Below, in pieces: positions 61,302 through 64,000 of a DNA stretch of 64,000 bases. The position numbers were made by a program, and so were the translations under genes. Each line of letters opens with the position of its first letter. Position 1 is the first letter of the stretch. This stretch comes from a virus. The notes under the pieces were generated by a model, which saw only the letters and a program-made list of their open reading frames with translations, was not told where the DNA came from and did not search any database. The stretch is from positions 32,702 through 96,701 of the IMG/VR virus record IMGVR_UViG_3300025117_000050. One strand, written 5' to 3'.

Positions 61302-63642
61302 TAATGGTAATGGAATAATAAAAGTTGAAGCAAGACATGAATTTACTCTCTTCCCTAAATACCCTATTGTATTGGGGAAGGGAGATGATAATTATGGAAT
61401 TGTTAAATGGTCTATTTCAAATGTGATTGAAGGTGAACCAATTGCTGATAAAAATGATTGTATTACTGTGACTGGTGGTTATGATGAAGAAATAGACAGT
61501 TTGAAAACTTATACTATATTAGCAAAAGAAATTGAACATTCTCAATATGGGAAACAATATCAACTTATTTTTATTGGAGAAATATTAGATTTATCCAATG
61601 TAGGGAATCAAAAAGCATTTTTAAAAACATTCCTTACAACTGGTCAAATAAATGAAATGTTTAAAGTATTGGAAAATCCTCTAAAAACTATTCAAGAACA
61701 TGATATTGAATCTTTAAAAAAAGTACATGGCGTAGGTGACTATATAAGTGAAACAATAATAAGAAGATATGAGAAAACCAAAGATTATTGTAATGTTTAT
61801 TTAGAATTAGATGAATTAGGTTTAACTCCTAACTTTATTCAAAAATTAATAAGTAAATATCATAATCCAAATAAAATAATTAAAATAGTAAAAGAAAATC
61901 CATATCAGCTAAGTTTTGATATTGAGGGAATAGGTTTTAAAAATGCTGATAAAATTGCTTTAAAAAATGGCATGAATGAAAAATCACCAGAAAGAATAAA
62001 AGGGTATATTAATTATTTATTAAATGAATTAGGGGAAAAAGGAAATTCTTTTATTACTGCTGGAGAATTAGCTGCATATATATACGATGAATTTGATGGA
62101 ATGGAAAATATTGTTGAAGTTTACATAGACGAAGAAGGGAATAAAACTACTAATATTGGAGTAGCAATTGAAGAATTAGAAAATAAAAATATAATAATAA
62201 TGGAGAAAAATGAAAAGAAAACGCAAAGAAGAGTGTATCTAAAGAAATATTGGGATTTAGAAAATGCAGTTGCTAAAGAATTGAAAAGAATAGGGAATGC
62301 TAAAAATGAATTTGAATTTATTGATTGGCAAGATGTAGTTAAAAATCAAGAATTAAAACAAGGATGGAAATTTACAGACGAGCAAAGGGAAGGTATTAAA
62401 GAATGTTTAGATAATCAAATAATATTTATTACAGGATTGCCAGGTTCAGGTAAATCAAGTGTTCTTACAGGTGTATTGCAAGCACTAAGATGTTATGAAG
62501 GTAAATATTCTTTTGCTCAATGTGCATTAGCAGGTCGTGCAGGTGCTAGAATGCAAGAAATCACAGGTGAGGAAGGAAGTACCATATATAGGTTGCTAGG
62601 CTATAAACCAGGGAAAGGTTTTAAATTTAATAAAGGAAATAAATTGCCATATGACATCATAATTCTTGATGAAATTTCTTTAGTAGGTGGAGAAATATTC
62701 TTATCGTTAATAGAAGCAATTAAAACAGGATCAAAATTAATTTTATTAGGTGATATGCATCAATTAAGTGCTATTGGATGCATGAATTTGGCAGAAGATA
62801 TGTATAATTCAAAATATATTAAAGTTGTTGAATTAACTAAAATACATCGACAAGCACAAAAATCAGGCATTATTGTTGCTGCACGTAATATTAAAGACAA
62901 TGAAAAAATATTTGACAATGATTTTACTGGTAAATTAACTATAGGTGAATTACAAGATATGCATTTCTCTATACATCAAGATAAAGATGAAATAAGAAAA
63001 GATGTAATTGAACACTTTAAAAATTATTGGAATAGTGATCTTGTTAATGATATTATGGATATTCAAATTTTAGTTCCTGTAAAAGAAAGAGGAGATACAT
63101 GTGTATTTAATTTAAATTCAGATATACAAGAGATATATAATCCTCCACATAGAAGTAAAGCAGAATTCAATATTAAAATTGATAAAGAAAAATCCTTTAT
63201 TCTTAGAGTAGGGGATAAAGTAATGAATTTAAAAAATAATTATAAATTGTTTAATACTAAAGGAGAAGAAGCATTTGTTTTTAATGGATGGATAGGAACA
63301 TTAGAAACAATTAATACATGGAATAGTTCTGCTATTATATATTTTCCTATTATAAATGACAGAGTAATTTTTGATTATAGCACTCTAAAAGAAAATATAA
63401 CATTAGGTTACTCTAGTACAATTCATAAGATGCAAGGATCTAGTGCTAAAGTAATTATAGGTGCAATTGATTATTCAACACCTCCTAATATGAGAGTAAA
63501 AGAATTAGTATATACATTATTAACTAGAGCAGAAAAAGAATGTGTTCTAATCGGTCAAAATAAAGCAATTAATGAAGCAATAAAAACAAGTGGGATATCA
63601 TATAAACAAACATTTTTATGTGAATTATTAGATGCTGCCTAA
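61288..63642 (+). CDS. recD2: RecD2-like SF1B helicase
   Basis: HhH motifs, GIGFKNAD, TGLPGSGKS, LDEISL, GDMHQL, HRQ, GDKVM, TIHKMQGS, YTLLTRA. Confidence 0.9.
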   Translation: MNLNNNGNGIIKVEARHEFTLFPKYPIVLGKGDDNYGIVKWSISNVIEGEPIADKNDCITVTGGYDEEIDSLKTYTILAKEIEHSQYGKQYQLIFIGEILDLSNVGNQKAFLKTFLTTGQINEMFKVLENPLKTIQEHDIESLKKVHGVGDYISETIIRRYEKTKDYCNVYLELDELGLTPNFIQKLISKYHNPNKIIKIVKENPYQLSFDIEGIGFKNADKIALKNGMNEKSPERIKGYINYLLNELGEKGNSFITAGELAAYIYDEFDGMENIVEVYIDEEGNKTTNIGVAIEELENKNIIIMEKNEKKTQRRVYLKKYWDLENAVAKELKRIGNAKNEFEFIDWQDVVKNQELKQGWKFTDEQREGIKECLDNQIIFITGLPGSGKSSVLTGVLQALRCYEGKYSFAQCALAGRAGARMQEITGEEGSTIYRLLGYKPGKGFKFNKGNKLPYDIIILDEISLVGGEIFLSLIEAIKTGSKLILLGDMHQLSAIGCMNLAEDMYNSKYIKVVELTKIHRQAQKSGIIVAARNIKDNEKIFDNDFTGKLTIGELQDMHFSIHQDKDEIRKDVIEHFKNYWNSDLVNDIMDIQILVPVKERGDTCVFNLNSDIQEIYNPPHRSKAEFNIKIDKEKSFILRVGDKVMNLKNNYKLFNTKGEEAFVFNGWIGTLETINTWNSSAIIYFPIINDRVIFDYSTLKENITLGYSSTIHKMQGSSAKVIIGAIDYSTPPNMRVKELVYTLLTRAEKECVLIGQNKAINEAIKTSGISYKQTFLCELLDAA

Positions 63643-63669
63643 AAAATTAACAAAATATAAAAATAAATA

Positions 63670-63698
63670 TTGACAAACAAATCGGAAACAATTATAAT
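63670..63698 (+). promoter_or_regulatory. Consensus sigma-A promoter
   Basis: TTGACA-17 bp-TATAAT. Confidence 0.8.
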
Positions 63699-63785
63699 AA
63701 TACCCAAGGGAAGAGATAAAATCCATAATTAATTTTAAACACAACAATCTCTTCCCAAAATAAAATATTAAAAGGAGAATATATA

Positions 63786-64000
63786 ATGAAATATAAATAC
63801 AATGATTTAATATATATTAAAAATGGTCAAATGTTAGGTAGATTTTTATTATACAGAGAAGACAAAAAGACAATTCTCGTTGAAAGAATACTATCTAATA
63901 GTTATTTTGGAGGAGGATATAGTGATAAAATAGTAGAAATATCTGAGAAATATGACATATTAACAAATAAAGAAGATATTAAAATTGATTTTGAAATTAA
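63786..64000 (+). CDS. Hypothetical protein, truncated by window end
   Basis: AAAGGAG RBS; MKYKYNDLIYIK..., open to the window end. Confidence 0.6.
   Translation, partial: MKYKYNDLIYIKNGQMLGRFLLYREDKKTILVERILSNSYFGGGYSDKIVEISEKYDILTNKEDIKIDFEI

Noticed and set aside
4506-61333. Minus-strand ORFs in the track (e.g. 4506, 10846, 14089, 34591, 47146, 53808, 55117-61333)
   Set aside because: They are antisense shadows of well-supported + strand genes or of the intron core, with no RBS or motifs.
1-64000. tRNA or rRNA genes, reverse transcriptase systems, IS elements
   Set aside because: No cloverleaf or rRNA-like segments, RT motifs or transposases were seen; tRNAscan and Infernal were not run.

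Overview
Very AT-rich window, almost entirely + strand, from the early/replication region of a large SPbeta-like temperate phage or prophage of a spore-forming Firmicute (probably a clostridium). There are no structural genes. Four parts. (1) 1-6.8 kb and 17-44 kb: dense arrays of small accessory ORFs, among them a Pth2 hydrolase, a metallophosphoesterase, a triple SpoIIID-like HTH protein, an adenine MTase plus SNF2-type helicase pair, lipoproteins and an RNA ligase; about ten small ORFs are broken by stops or frameshifts. (2) 6.9-16.6 kb: a candidate lysis/lysogeny decision island. Gene order: MazF/PemK, an inserted endonuclease, a DUF5317-like membrane protein, an AgrC-like sensor with no kinase domain, a 39-aa AgrD-like propeptide missed by the ORF track (10360-10479), an XRE-HTH/MazF fusion, AgrB, a small gene behind tandem LexA-like boxes, then a DGQHR/DndB-like gene and a degenerate tyrosine-recombinase gene resembling SPbeta yopQ-yopR (sroE-sroF/mrpR). 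This is the main finding: an Agr-type cyclic-peptide module in roughly the place SPbeta keeps its arbitrium system. (3) 44-64 kb: replication block (LigA, SSB-like, AAA ATPase, helicase, primase, RecJ-like, DnaE, RecD2). The helicase gene carries both a class 3 intein and a group I intron with a LAGLIDADG ORF, and dnaE appears to start at ATT. (4) Dispersed cis elements: consensus sigma-A promoters, about 12-14 copies of an AAA-N6-TTTKRT-NNYRA intergenic site, and three pairs of NrdR-box-like motifs 32 bp apart. All family calls come from motif recognition by eye, not database searches.
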